Origin: Myxococcota bacterium
GTDB taxonomy: Bacteria > Myxococcota_A > UBA9160 > JAFDDA01
NCBI GenBank assembly: GCA_965228475.1
Contig: OZ245817.1
Coordinates: 448,001-512,000 of the forward strand
DNA: 64,000 nt
Reading direction: 5' to 3'
Shown here: positions 48,026 to 57,536 of the stretch, piece after piece
How positions within the stretch are numbered: the first letter of the stretch is position 1
Layout of the letters: every line of letters starts with the position of its first letter
Made by a program: the position numbers and the translations under genes
The notes under the pieces: generated by a model
What the model saw: the letters and a program-made list of their open reading frames with translations, nothing else
Database searches by the model: none
Told to the model about the DNA's origin: nothing

Positions 48026-49813
48026 ATGGTGCTCGCGGTTCTCGTGGTCGTCCCGCTCGTGCTGTGGGCGGTGCTGGCTGGCGACGCCTTGGGTCCGCAC
48101 TCCGTGCCGCTCTCAGGGGCTCGCCGCCCCAACGTCATCCTGATCCTCGTCGATACCCTGCGCGCGGACCATCTCGGCATGTACGGGTACGAACGCGACA
48201 CCTCGCCGTTCCTCGATGCCTGGGCCACCGGCGCCGTCGTCTTCGATCAGGCCTATGCGCCGTCCTCCTGGACCCGGCCGAGTACGGTTTCGCTGCTCAC
48301 CGGGCTCGACCCGATCCATCACCGGGTCGAGGATCGGCTCGACGTGATTCCACCGAGCCTGCCCCTGCTCGGCGAGCGGTTGCAGGTGGAGGGCTACGCG
48401 ACCTTCGCCGCCATCACGAACCCGCACGTGTCTTCGGCCTGGGCCTTCGATCGGGGCTTCGACGTGTTCGACGATCTGGAGGCGCTCGGCCTGGGCACTG
48501 GAGCCGACGCCGTCGTCGACCACGTCGTCGCGCGGATCGATGCGCTGGCCGAGAGCGAGCCCTTCTTCCTCTACCTGCACCTGATCGATCCGCACACGCC
48601 CTTCGATCCGCCGCCCCCCTTCGATGCGCGCTTTCCCGCCGATCCGGAGGACGTCGGCGACTACGCGATCGCGGGCTACGACGGGGAGATCGCCTTCGTC
48701 GATTCACAGCTTCGGCGCCTGTTCGAGGCTCTTCGCGCGCGCGGGCTCGAGGACGGGACGATGGCGATCGTCACCTCCGACCACGGAGAGGAACTCCTCG
48801 AACGCGGGGGCATCGGCCACGGCGTCAACCTCTTCGAAGAGGTGCTGCGGGTTCCCCTGATCGTTCGTTTCCCCGACGGCGCGCACGCGGGTGCGCGCGT
48901 GGCGGAACGCGTCTCGCTGATCGACGTGGTGCCGACGATCCTCTCCGCCCTGCGCGACGTTCCAGCCGCGGGACTCGACGGCAGGGATCTGACGACGCTG
49001 CTCGGTGTCCGCGAGCGCCCGTGGGCCGCGCGCGAGCTGTTTCTCTCCCTGCGCACCACGGGACCCGACAGCCACCTGATGCGGGGTCTGCTCGCCGGAC
49101 CGCACAAGTACCTGCGACGCTCCCGGCCGAGCGCGAGCGAAGCGCTCTTCGACCTCGAGCAGGATCCTTCGGAGATCGAGAATCTCGCGCGGGCGCGGGC
49201 CGGCACCCGCGAGCGCATGGCGGCGAGCCTCGATGCGTACCTCGGCCGGAGATCGAGCGGCATCCATCTCCGCATCGTGAGCGAGCCGGACGCGGACGCC
49301 GCCGGCTGCGAGGCGCACCTGGAAACGGAGGGGCGGTTCTCGGACGTCGCGGCGGTTCGTCTCGAGCCGGGCGACGGCTTCGAGCTGACGAACGACGGGC
49401 GAGCGCTTCGCCTCGCCTGCCGGCTCGAGAACCAGGTCCAGCCGACGAATGCGGGCAGCCGTCTGCTCCCGGACGAGGACGGCCTCTCGTTCCGGGTGCA
49501 CCCGCCGGACGCGCCGATCGTGCTGAAGCGCGTCGGGCTCACGGGGGGCGGAACGCTTCCGCTCCGCTCCGCGTCAGGTCCGAAGATCGAGGACTTCCCC
49601 GCCGCGTGGACCGCCACGGCGGAACCCTGGGCCGTTCGCGACATGGGCGAGGCGATGAGCGCCGCCGGTCCGGTGCGGGAAGGCGAAGGCGCCCGTGCCT
49701 ACCTGGGCGTGATCCCCGCTCCCGAACGGCACGAGGGCCTCTCCGCGGAGCTCCGCTCCCGGCTCGAAGCGCTCGGCTACACGACGGAGTCGGAGCCGCT
49801 TCGTTCGGACTGA
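48026..49813 (+). CDS. Membrane-anchored sulfatase-like hydrolase (alkaline phosphatase superfamily)
   Basis: PNVILILVDTLRADH, WTRPS..SLLTG, DPH, SDHGEE and RLEALGY motifs. Confidence 0.88.
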   Translation: MVLAVLVVVPLVLWAVLAGDALGPHSVPLSGARRPNVILILVDTLRADHLGMYGYERDTSPFLDAWATGAVVFDQAYAPSSWTRPSTVSLLTGLDPIHHRVEDRLDVIPPSLPLLGERLQVEGYATFAAITNPHVSSAWAFDRGFDVFDDLEALGLGTGADAVVDHVVARIDALAESEPFFLYLHLIDPHTPFDPPPPFDARFPADPEDVGDYAIAGYDGEIAFVDSQLRRLFEALRARGLEDGTMAIVTSDHGEELLERGGIGHGVNLFEEVLRVPLIVRFPDGAHAGARVAERVSLIDVVPTILSALRDVPAAGLDGRDLTTLLGVRERPWAARELFLSLRTTGPDSHLMRGLLAGPHKYLRRSRPSASEALFDLEQDPSEIENLARARAGTRERMAASLDAYLGRRSSGIHLRIVSEPDADAAGCEAHLETEGRFSDVAAVRLEPGDGFELTNDGRALRLACRLENQVQPTNAGSRLLPDEDGLSFRVHPPDAPIVLKRVGLTGGGTLPLRSASGPKIEDFPAAWTATAEPWAVRDMGEAMSAAGPVREGEGARAYLGVIPAPERHEGLSAELRSRLEALGYTTESEPLRSD

Positions 49814-49838
49814 ACCGGCTGCCGGCCGGCCCGCCGCC

Positions 49839-50111
49839 CTACTTGCGGGTCGGAGGCTGGAGCTGCTTGCCGGCTTCCGGGGCCATCTCGGCCGCCTTCT
49901 TCTTGACCGGCGCGAGCTCCGGCGTCGCCTGCTTGATCTTCATGGCGTCCTTCGAGAGGTCCGGTTGGACCTTCTGGACGGCATCCTGCGTGACCGCCTT
50001 CACGGCACGGGCGGCCTCGGGCTCCACCACGGCATCTTCGGCCGAGGCGAGGCCCGGGCCGATCAGGAAACAGGCAGAGAACAGGGCAACGGTGCGAGAC
50101 AGTCGGGTCAT
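49839..50111 (-). CDS. Small secreted hypothetical protein
   Basis: Signal peptide ending GLASA; AAGGAG RBS; Ala/Lys/Pro-rich. Confidence 0.7.
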   Translation of the reverse strand: MTRLSRTVALFSACFLIGPGLASAEDAVVEPEAARAVKAVTQDAVQKVQPDLSKDAMKIKQATPELAPVKKKAAEMAPEAGKQLQPPTRK

Positions 50112-50340
50112 GGTCGGCGTTCTCCTTCGCGGCGGTTCGGCAGCGCGAAAGGGTTGAAATCGTTCGGAAAACTATCACAGTGCTCCATCCACGGGATGGG
50201 CCTGTTCGAGTCGGACGCCGGGGACCGCGAAAGAATTCGCCGCCTCGCCGGGAAGAAGCCCGCGCCTCGAACCCGAGATTCTCGTTGATGAAACCCCGCA
50301 CCGGCCCTTAAGGTGGCCCGGCTCCAGGAGGAATCGGAAC

Positions 50341-51129
50341 ATGAGGAAGCGACTTGCCGTAGTGGCCATGGCCGCCGTCTTCGCGACGGGGCTCGGGTGT
50401 GATTCAGGGGTGGACCCGCAGGCGGGGCTCTGGGACGAGCTCGGCCTCCAGCTGCCGGCCGACGTGCCGCTCGATGCCCTCGACCTCGACGCCGACGCGC
50501 TGTTCGAACTCATCAACCTGGGCGGCGGCGAGATCGACCTCGGCGGTCTCGGGGAGAACGTCCCCGGCGCGATCCAGGATCTGATCGCCGCAGAGCTGGG
50601 CGACGCCGTCGATCTCGGCGGGCTGCTCGGCACGGGCGACGTCGCCGGACTGATCAGCGAGCTCGAGTCGCTTCTCGATCTGCTCTCCTCCGGTCTCGGC
50701 GGGCTCTTCTCCTTCCTCTTCGACCCGCTGCTCGACTTCTTCGGGCTCGGCTCCCTCGGTGAGCTCGAGGATCTGCTGAACGACGTCCTCGACTCTTCGG
50801 GTCTCCTCGCCGGCCTGCCGGATCTGCAGGGCCTGCTCGACGAGCTGAACGGCTTGCCCGGCACGATCCCCGCCGGCCACGACCTCGAGTGCAGCCTCTC
50901 GGGTAGCGGCATCGCCTGCGACACGCTGACCCACGTGATCGACGTGACGCCCGCCGCCGACGCGGTGATCGATCTCAGCATCGACGTCACCGGCGTCTTC
51001 GCCGGCCCGACCAGCGTGACGCTCCACGTGACCGTCGACGCCGCCTGCACCGGCGCGGACTGCGCCGAGGTGCTCGGCCTGACCGGGCTGACCTTCCCGT
51101 TCACCTACTCGGTGATGGGCGGGATCTAG
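50341..51129 (+). CDS. Lipoprotein with Leu/Gly/Asp-rich low-complexity region
   Basis: GLGC lipobox; AGGAGG RBS; C-terminal 4-Cys beta domain. Confidence 0.78.
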   Translation: MRKRLAVVAMAAVFATGLGCDSGVDPQAGLWDELGLQLPADVPLDALDLDADALFELINLGGGEIDLGGLGENVPGAIQDLIAAELGDAVDLGGLLGTGDVAGLISELESLLDLLSSGLGGLFSFLFDPLLDFFGLGSLGELEDLLNDVLDSSGLLAGLPDLQGLLDELNGLPGTIPAGHDLECSLSGSGIACDTLTHVIDVTPAADAVIDLSIDVTGVFAGPTSVTLHVTVDAACTGADCAEVLGLTGLTFPFTYSVMGGI

Positions 51130-51156
51130 CGAAGCCGAGCTCGGCCGCGTTTCTCG

Positions 51157-51190
51157 ACGCCCCGGCGCCGCACGGTGTCGGGGCGTTTGC
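51157..51190 (+). terminator. Probable intrinsic terminator
   Basis: ACGCCCCGGCGCC-GCAC-GGTGTCGGGGCGT followed by a short T tract. Confidence 0.5.
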
Positions 51191-51233
51191 GTTCGTCCTC
51201 GCTACGATCCGCTCGCACCGGAAGGGGGGCGGC

Positions 51234-52076
51234 ATGGACGGCGCTTCGGCGGAACGCATTCTCGAGCAGGTGATCGAACTCGGAACGACCTGGGGGCTCC
51301 AGGTCGTCGGCGGCATCGTGCTGCTCATCGTCGGGCGCATCGCGGCCTCGGCCCTGCGCGGCGCGGTGCGCAAGCGGCTCGAGCGGGCGGAGGCCGACGC
51401 CGCTCTCATCCCCTTCCTTTCTGGCCTCGTCTACTACGGCGTCATGGCTGCGGTGATCATCGCCGTGCTCGGGCTGTTCGGCATCCAGACGGCGTCGCTG
51501 ATCGCCGTGCTCGGTGCCGCCGGTCTCGCGGTGGGCCTCGCGCTGCAGGGCACGCTCTCGCACTTCGCCTCGGGCGTCATGCTGCTCGTCTTTCGCCCGT
51601 TCCGGCCGGGAGACTTCGTCGAGGCGGGCGGAACGTCGGGCTCGGTGCAGGAGATCGGTCTGTTCTCGACGGTCCTCCACACCGGCGACAACGTGAAGGT
51701 CATCGTCCCGAACTCCGCACTCTGGGGCGACATCATCAAGAACTACTCGGCGAACGACACGCGCCGCAACGACCTCGTCGTCGGAATCTCCTACGACGAC
51801 GACATCGGCCGCGCCAGCGAGGTGATCCGCGGCGTGCTCGCGGCCGATGCGCGGGTGCTCGCGGAGCCCGAAGCCGTCGTGGCGGTGGGCGAGCTCGCCG
51901 ATTCGTCGGTGAACCTGCTCGTCCGGCCTTGGTGCGCGAAGGAGGACTACTGGGCCCTGCGCTGGGATCTCACGCGCCGGCTGAAGGAGGAGCTCGAGGC
52001 CGCGGGCTGCTCGATCCCGTACCCGCAGCACGACGTCCACCTCGATCCGAGTTCGCCGGGCGCCCCCGCAGCCTAG
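51234..52076 (+). CDS. mscS: Small-conductance mechanosensitive channel
   Basis: GAAGLAVGLALQGTLS..ASG, RPF..GD, VPNS and IPYPQ motifs. Confidence 0.95.
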   Translation: MDGASAERILEQVIELGTTWGLQVVGGIVLLIVGRIAASALRGAVRKRLERAEADAALIPFLSGLVYYGVMAAVIIAVLGLFGIQTASLIAVLGAAGLAVGLALQGTLSHFASGVMLLVFRPFRPGDFVEAGGTSGSVQEIGLFSTVLHTGDNVKVIVPNSALWGDIIKNYSANDTRRNDLVVGISYDDDIGRASEVIRGVLAADARVLAEPEAVVAVGELADSSVNLLVRPWCAKEDYWALRWDLTRRLKEELEAAGCSIPYPQHDVHLDPSSPGAPAA

Positions 52077-52235
52077 GGCCGCAGCGTGGCCGCAGCAGCG
52101 AGCCGAGCCCGGCCGTTTCCGTCCCGCGCTGGGTTCCCATAGCGGGTTTCGTGCTTACGTTGCTTCTCGCGGCCGTCGGGATCGCGGAGCGCCTGAACGC
52201 GGGCTGAGGCCCGCAGGCGAGGGGAGGATCGGCTC

Positions 52236-52607
52236 ATGGTGTACGTCGCACTCGTTCTGGCCAGCGGGGTCGCCCTGTTGGGGGTGCTCGGCCTGGTCTC
52301 CCCGGTCCGGCTGCTCGGACTCTTCCGCCGGATCGAAACGCCCGGCGCACTCTACGCCGTTGCCGGCTTCCGTCTCCTGATGGGCGCCTCGCTCCTCCTC
52401 GCGGCGCCGGTCTCGAAGGCGCCGAACGGCGTCTTGGCGATCGGCGTGGTCGCGATCCTGTCCGGGCTCTTCACGTTCGGGTTCGGCGTGGATCGGACGC
52501 GCCGGTGGATCGACTGGTGGGCAGCGAAGCCGACGAGCTGGATCCGCGCCTGGGGCGCCGCCGCGCTCGCGATCGGTCTGCTTCTCGTGTGGGTTCTCTT
52601 GCCCTGA
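52236..52607 (+). CDS. Small 4-TM membrane protein
   Basis: Hydrophobic segments; GGAGG RBS. Confidence 0.75.
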   Translation: MVYVALVLASGVALLGVLGLVSPVRLLGLFRRIETPGALYAVAGFRLLMGASLLLAAPVSKAPNGVLAIGVVAILSGLFTFGFGVDRTRRWIDWWAAKPTSWIRAWGAAALAIGLLLVWVLLP

Positions 52608-52642
52608 GGGCACCCCGGCGGCCCGGCCTGGCACCGATGCGG

Positions 52643-53662
52643 TCAGCTGCGGTCGGGAAACCGCGAGAGCCCCGCGAATTCCACGAACTCCGTCATGGAT
52701 GACCACAGGTGGTCGCCATAGTGAAAGGGTTCGAAGGGCTTCGCCCCGGCGATCGGCATCGGCGCGATCTCCGCATCGACCCGTGGTTCGTAGAAGAATG
52801 GAATCGAGTGGCGGGCGCGGTCGTTCCCGAGCACGCGATGCTCGGTGGCCCGGATCCGGCCCCCGCTCCAGCGTTCGAGCAGCTTGCCGAAGTTTACGAC
52901 GAGGGCGTCGTCGCGCGGTGAGACGTCGATCCAGTCACCCGCCGAAGAGCGGGCTTGCAGCCCGCCAACCGTGTCCTGCTGGAGGAGCGTCACGAGACCC
53001 GAATCGACGTGCTCACCTCCCATGTCGTAGCGGCGCGCTCCGCGGGTGGAGTCGACCAGGCGGGGCGTCCACCCGTGTGCGTCGGCGACCTCGGGCCAGG
53101 GCGGATACTCGATGATCCGCAGCGTCGAGTTCCCGTCGCGAAACGCCTCGTCGAACCACGCGTCGGGGAGGCCGAGCCCACGTGCCAGCGAACGCATGAG
53201 CGCACGGCCCACGCCCTCGAGCGAAGTGAACGCGCGGCGGACGCCGGCGCGCCAACCCGGGAGGATCGTTTCGTCCGGGAACGGTGTCGGCTCCGTGAGG
53301 GCATCCGGGCCGAGGGCTGCCACGGCCGGCGGCACCGGGTCCGGGCCGAGATCCACGCCTTCCTTGATGACGCCGGATTCGAGGGGGAAGTAGCCGCGGT
53401 AGACGTTCGGGTTCTCGGGAGCGGCGTTGCGTCGCCAGAGCCGGCGCTGGGTATGCGACGGCATCGAGAAGATGCGGAGCAGCTCGGTGCGGGCGGTGGA
53501 GCCGAGTGGGACGTCGCTCGGGAGGCCCGTGAGGACGAGGAACCCAACCTTCCCCGCGCTTCGTTGGATGGATTCGTCGACGCGTTGGCGCTCTGGGGAG
53601 TCAGGCCCGAACAGGGGAGCCACGTCGAGGGTCGGGATCTCCGCGCCTTCGTTCGGCTTCAT
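52643..53662 (-). CDS. 2-oxoglutarate/Fe(II) dioxygenase (IPNS/PcbC-like)
   Basis: IPTLD, YRGY, HVDSG (HxD), HRV and RHS motifs; ATGA overlap with xylA. Confidence 0.92.
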   Translation of the reverse strand: MKPNEGAEIPTLDVAPLFGPDSPERQRVDESIQRSAGKVGFLVLTGLPSDVPLGSTARTELLRIFSMPSHTQRRLWRRNAAPENPNVYRGYFPLESGVIKEGVDLGPDPVPPAVAALGPDALTEPTPFPDETILPGWRAGVRRAFTSLEGVGRALMRSLARGLGLPDAWFDEAFRDGNSTLRIIEYPPWPEVADAHGWTPRLVDSTRGARRYDMGGEHVDSGLVTLLQQDTVGGLQARSSAGDWIDVSPRDDALVVNFGKLLERWSGGRIRATEHRVLGNDRARHSIPFFYEPRVDAEIAPMPIAGAKPFEPFHYGDHLWSSMTEFVEFAGLSRFPDRS

Positions 53663-54993
53663 CGGCGACTCCGTTCGATCCCGTTGCGGACGAGGTTCTC
53701 GAGCCTCTCCTGGCGGCCGGAGACCGGGCGGGGGTCGTCCTTCGAGGCGAGGGTGCGATCGTAGAGGCCGGCGAGATCGAGCCGCCCCTCGAGGACGTCG
53801 CGCCCGAAGGGTTCGGACCAGCCCGCATAGCGCTGCTCGCGTGCGCTCTCGAGCTGCCCTTCTTCGAGCAGGTGCGCGGCGGCGACGAGCGCGCGCGCCA
53901 GCGTGTCCATCCCGCCCACGTGGGCGTGGAAGAGGTCGATCGGGTCGAGGCTCTGGCGGCGAAGTTTGGCGTCGAAGTTGAAGCCGCCGGTGTCGAACCC
54001 GCCCCCGCGCAGGATTTCGTAGAGCGCGAGGGTCATCTCCTCGACGCTGTTCGGGAACTGGTCCGTGTCCCAGCCGTTCTGGGGGTCGCCGCGGTTCGCG
54101 TCGACGCTGCCGAAGATGCCGTTTGCCACCGCGTAGGCGATTTCGTGCTGGAAGCTGTGGCCGGCGAGGGTGGCGTGGTTCACCTCGATGTTGACCTTGA
54201 TCTCCTTCTCGAGCCCGAAGCGCTGGAGGAACGCCAGGACGTGGGCCGAATCGTGGTCGTACTGGTGCTTCGTGGGTTCGTGCGGCTTCGGCTCGATCAG
54301 GATCGTCCCGCCGAAACCGATGCGATGCTTGTGCTCGACCACGAGCTGCATGAAACGGCCGAGCTGCTCCGCCTCCTGGCCGAGGTCGGTGTTCAGCAGG
54401 GTCTCGTAGCCTTCGCGCCCACCCCAGAGAACGTAGTTCGCACCGTCGAGCCGATGGGTGAGTTCGAGGCAGTGCTTCACCTGGGCGGCGGCGTGGGCGA
54501 AGACCTCGGGATCCGGGTTGGTGGCCGCACCGGCGGCGAAGCGGCGATGGCCGAAGAGGTTGGCCGTTCCCCAGAGGAGCCGGACGCCGGTTTCTTCCAT
54601 GCGCCGTTCGATCCGTTCCGCGATGCGGTCGAGCCGCGCGCAGCTTTCGCGGAACGTGGCGGCTTCGGGCGCGACGTCGCGGTCGTGGAAGCAGAAGAAG
54701 GGGACGCCGAGCTTCGCGAAGAACTCGAAGGCGACGTCGGTCTTGTGCTCGGCCAGGGCCATGGCGTCGCCGTCGTCCGCGAGCCAGGGGCGTTCGAAGG
54801 TGCCCTCGCCGAAGACGTCGCTGCCCGGCCAGCAGAACGTGTGCCAGTAGCAGACGGCGAAGCGCAGGTGCTCCGCGAGGGTCTTGCCCGCGACGACGCG
54901 GCCGGCGTCGTAGTGGCGGAAGGAGAGTTCGCTCTCTGCGGCCGGGCCTTCGTATCGGACGGCATCGACTTCGGGGAAGATGGGCTTGCTCAT
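53659..54993 (-). CDS. xylA: Xylose isomerase (class II)
   Basis: YWHTF, FHDRD, WGGREG, EPKPHEP, GWDTDQF and GGFNFD motifs. Confidence 0.97.
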   Translation of the reverse strand: MSKPIFPEVDAVRYEGPAAESELSFRHYDAGRVVAGKTLAEHLRFAVCYWHTFCWPGSDVFGEGTFERPWLADDGDAMALAEHKTDVAFEFFAKLGVPFFCFHDRDVAPEAATFRESCARLDRIAERIERRMEETGVRLLWGTANLFGHRRFAAGAATNPDPEVFAHAAAQVKHCLELTHRLDGANYVLWGGREGYETLLNTDLGQEAEQLGRFMQLVVEHKHRIGFGGTILIEPKPHEPTKHQYDHDSAHVLAFLQRFGLEKEIKVNIEVNHATLAGHSFQHEIAYAVANGIFGSVDANRGDPQNGWDTDQFPNSVEEMTLALYEILRGGGFDTGGFNFDAKLRRQSLDPIDLFHAHVGGMDTLARALVAAAHLLEEGQLESAREQRYAGWSEPFGRDVLEGRLDLAGLYDRTLASKDDPRPVSGRQERLENLVRNGIERSRR

Positions 54994-56474
54994 GTTCGGG
55001 GCTCCTCGGAAGCGCTGGCTCGGAAGGTCGGACGCAGGGCGGTGTAGAGCGCCCGGAAACGCTCGAGCCGGGCGGCGTAGTGGGCGACGAGAGCGGGCTC
55101 GGGTTCCACCCGGAAGGCCTCGGGGAGCTCGGGGCACGCCTCGGCCGCGGATGCTCCGGTCGCACCCATGCGGGCGAGCCGCGCCGCGCCGCGGGCGGGG
55201 CCGACTTCGCCGCCCTGCCGGTAGACGAGCGGGCGTTCGAGGACGCTCGCGAGGATCTCTCCCCAGAGCCGGCTGCGCGCGCCGCCGCCGATCACCGAGA
55301 CGTCTTCGATGGTGCTCCCAGCGTCGCGAAGCGCCGCTTCGGCGTCCGCGAAGGCGAAGGCCACGCCCTCGAGGACGGCGCGTCCGAGCTCGCCGCGGCC
55401 CGTCGTGGGGTCGAGCCCGACGAAGACGCCCGTCGCGTCCGGGTCGTTGTGGGGCGTGCGCTCTCCCGAGAGGTAGGGGAGGAAGAGCAGCCGCTCGCTC
55501 GGTTCCGTCTCCGCAGCGATTTCTTCGAGCAGCGCCGCCTCGTCGCGCGCGCCCGTCGCGCGTGTGATCCAGGTGAGGCAGCTCGCGGCCGCGAGCAGGA
55601 CGGACATCTGGTGCCACGCCCCGGGCAGCGCGTGACAGAACGCGTGGACCGCGCGTTCGGGGTTCGGCCGGAATCGGTCTCCCGCGACGAAGTAGACCCC
55701 CGAAGTGCCGAGGGAGATCAGCGCGCGGCCCGGCACGACGACCCCCGCACCGACGGCACCCGCCGCCTGGTCCCCGCCTCCGGCGACGACCGGGACGGGC
55801 TCGCAGCCCCACTCGCGTGCGACCTCGGCGCGGAGCTGGCCCGTGGGTTCGGGCCCTTCGTGCAGCGTCGGCATCGCGCGCTCGTCGAGCCCGCACGCCG
55901 CGAGCATCGTCGCGGACCAGCGGCGGGCCGCGACGTCGAGCCAGAGCGTCCCCGAGGCGTCCGAGACGTCGGTGGCGGCGTCGCCGGTCAGGCGGAGACG
56001 CAGGTAATCCTTCGGCAGCAGGACCCGAGCGACGCGCGCGAAGATCTCGGGCTCGTGGCGGCGGACCCAGGCGAGCTTCGGCGCCGTGAAGCCTGGCATG
56101 GCGAGGTTGCCGGTGATGCGGCGCAGCTCCGGAACTTCGCGTTCGAGCGTTTCGCACTCCGCGGCGCTGCGGCCGTCGTTCCAGAGGATCGCCGGGCGAA
56201 GGGGGCGGCCGGCTTCGTCGAGCAGCGTCGCGCCGTGCATCTGGCCCGAGAGGCCGATCGCGCGGAGGCCCTGCAGCCCGCCGCTTCGTTCGGCCGCGAG
56301 CGTGCGGACGGCCGTGTCTGCCGCATGCCACCAGGCCTCCGGGTCCTGCTCGGACCAGAGCGGGCGAGGACGGCTGACGTCGAGGGGAGCGGAGGCTTCG
56401 CCGAGCACCCCATCCGCTTCGTCGAGGAGCAGTGCCTTCACGGCCGACGTCCCGAGGTCGATGCCTAGGAACAC
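54990..56474 (-). CDS. xylB: Xylulokinase
   Basis: GIDLGTS, SGQMHG, ILWNDGR, DASGT, GGGDQ and [10 protein letters not shown] motifs. Confidence 0.96.
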   Translation of the reverse strand: MFLGIDLGTSAVKALLLDEADGVLGEASAPLDVSRPRPLWSEQDPEAWWHAADTAVRTLAAERSGGLQGLRAIGLSGQMHGATLLDEAGRPLRPAILWNDGRSAAECETLEREVPELRRITGNLAMPGFTAPKLAWVRRHEPEIFARVARVLLPKDYLRLRLTGDAATDVSDASGTLWLDVAARRWSATMLAACGLDERAMPTLHEGPEPTGQLRAEVAREWGCEPVPVVAGGGDQAAGAVGAGVVVPGRALISLGTSGVYFVAGDRFRPNPERAVHAFCHALPGAWHQMSVLLAAASCLTWITRATGARDEAALLEEIAAETEPSERLLFLPYLSGERTPHNDPDATGVFVGLDPTTGRGELGRAVLEGVAFAFADAEAALRDAGSTIEDVSVIGGGARSRLWGEILASVLERPLVYRQGGEVGPARGAARLARMGATGASAAEACPELPEAFRVEPEPALVAHYAARLERFRALYTALRPTFRASASEEPRT

Positions 56475-57475
56475 GGTGGGCCCGTCGAGGCGCGCTCGAC
56501 CAACGAGGTCGGGAGCGTGGCGTGGGCCTCGGACGGTTCGTTCCCGTCGAGGGCGCCGATGAGCGTGCGGACGGCGAGGGCGGCGATCGCTTCCGTCGGT
56601 TGATGCACCGTCGTGAGCGGCGGCCACACCTGGTGGGCGAGGGCGACGTCGTCGAAGCCGGCGACCGAAATCCCGTCGGGGACGCGGACGCCGTGTTCGT
56701 GACAGGCCGAAAGGACGCCGGCGGCCATGTCGTCGTTGCTCGCGAAGATCGCGGTGGGGCGCCGCTCGAGGGCGAGGACCCGGCGGCCGATCTCGACGCC
56801 CGATTCGAAGGAGAAGTCACCGCGGAAGACGTGGTCCGAGCGCCAGCGGACGCCGGCCCCGGCGAGGGCTTCGCGGAATCCCTCCAGGCGATCCTGGCTC
56901 GAGCGCTGCTCGGCGCCGCCGGCAATGAAGGCGATCCGCCGATGCCCGAGCGCCACGAGGTGCTCTCCCATCTCGCGGGCGCCGCGGCGATCGTCGGCAC
57001 TGACCGTGGGTCGGGGCCCGACGCGCCGGGTCGGTGCGATCCGCACGTAGGGGGTCGAACGCTTCTCGAGCGTGCGAACGACCGGCTCGAAGTCGCCGCA
57101 GGGCGGGGTGAGGACCAGCCCGTCCACGCTGCCCTGGCCGACGGTCTGGCCGAGGAGCGCCCGGTCCTCCGGTTCCTCGACGTTGCTCGGGTGCATCAGG
57201 ATCTCGTAGCCGTGCCGGCGCGCTTCCTCGATGGCGCCCCGCTGGAAGTCGCTCAGCCAGTTCCAGCTCTTGTTCTGGTAGACGACACCCAGCACGAAGG
57301 AGCGTTGCCGAACGAGCCGGCGCGCCGCCACGCTCGGGACGTACCCGAGGGCCTGGACCGCGCGGTCGACCCGGGCGCGGGTGGCCTCGGTGACGCCCGG
57401 CTCGCCGTTCACGACCCGCGAGACGGTCTTGATCGAGACCCGGGCGCGGGTGGCGACGTCGCGGAGTGTTGCCAT
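56465..57475 (-). CDS. LacI-family regulator (likely xylose-responsive)
   Basis: [29 protein letters not shown] and PPLTTVHQP motifs. Confidence 0.95.
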   Translation of the reverse strand: MATLRDVATRARVSIKTVSRVVNGEPGVTEATRARVDRAVQALGYVPSVAARRLVRQRSFVLGVVYQNKSWNWLSDFQRGAIEEARRHGYEILMHPSNVEEPEDRALLGQTVGQGSVDGLVLTPPCGDFEPVVRTLEKRSTPYVRIAPTRRVGPRPTVSADDRRGAREMGEHLVALGHRRIAFIAGGAEQRSSQDRLEGFREALAGAGVRWRSDHVFRGDFSFESGVEIGRRVLALERRPTAIFASNDDMAAGVLSACHEHGVRVPDGISVAGFDDVALAHQVWPPLTTVHQPTEAIAALAVRTLIGALDGNEPSEAHATLPTSLVERASTGPPCS

Positions 57476-57487
57476 CGCGTTCAGGCT

Positions 57488-57503
57488 ATGACAACGTTGT
57501 CAT
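57488..57503. promoter_or_regulatory. LacI-type operator
   Basis: Perfect palindrome ATGACAACGTTGTCAT with central CG, in the 61-bp gap between lacI and GH3. Confidence 0.85.
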
Positions 57504-57536
57504 CATTGCAACCACGTATGGCGGGAGGCCGGGCCG

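Noticed and set aside
38937..50300. Genomic island downstream of tRNA-Arg(TCT)
   Set aside because: Accessory-looking genes and AT-rich spacers, but I found no integrase or duplicated tRNA 3' end.
52090..52207. Possible small membrane peptide (VPRWVPIAGFVLTLLLAAVGIAERLNAG)
   Set aside because: No nearby in-frame start or RBS; unsupported.
53659..57000. Apparent 1113-aa XylA fusion, and 840-aa oxygenase ORF (52643-55165)
   Set aside because: The N-terminal extensions overlap xylB/xylA in other frames. True starts are 54993 and 53662, with stop-start overlaps.
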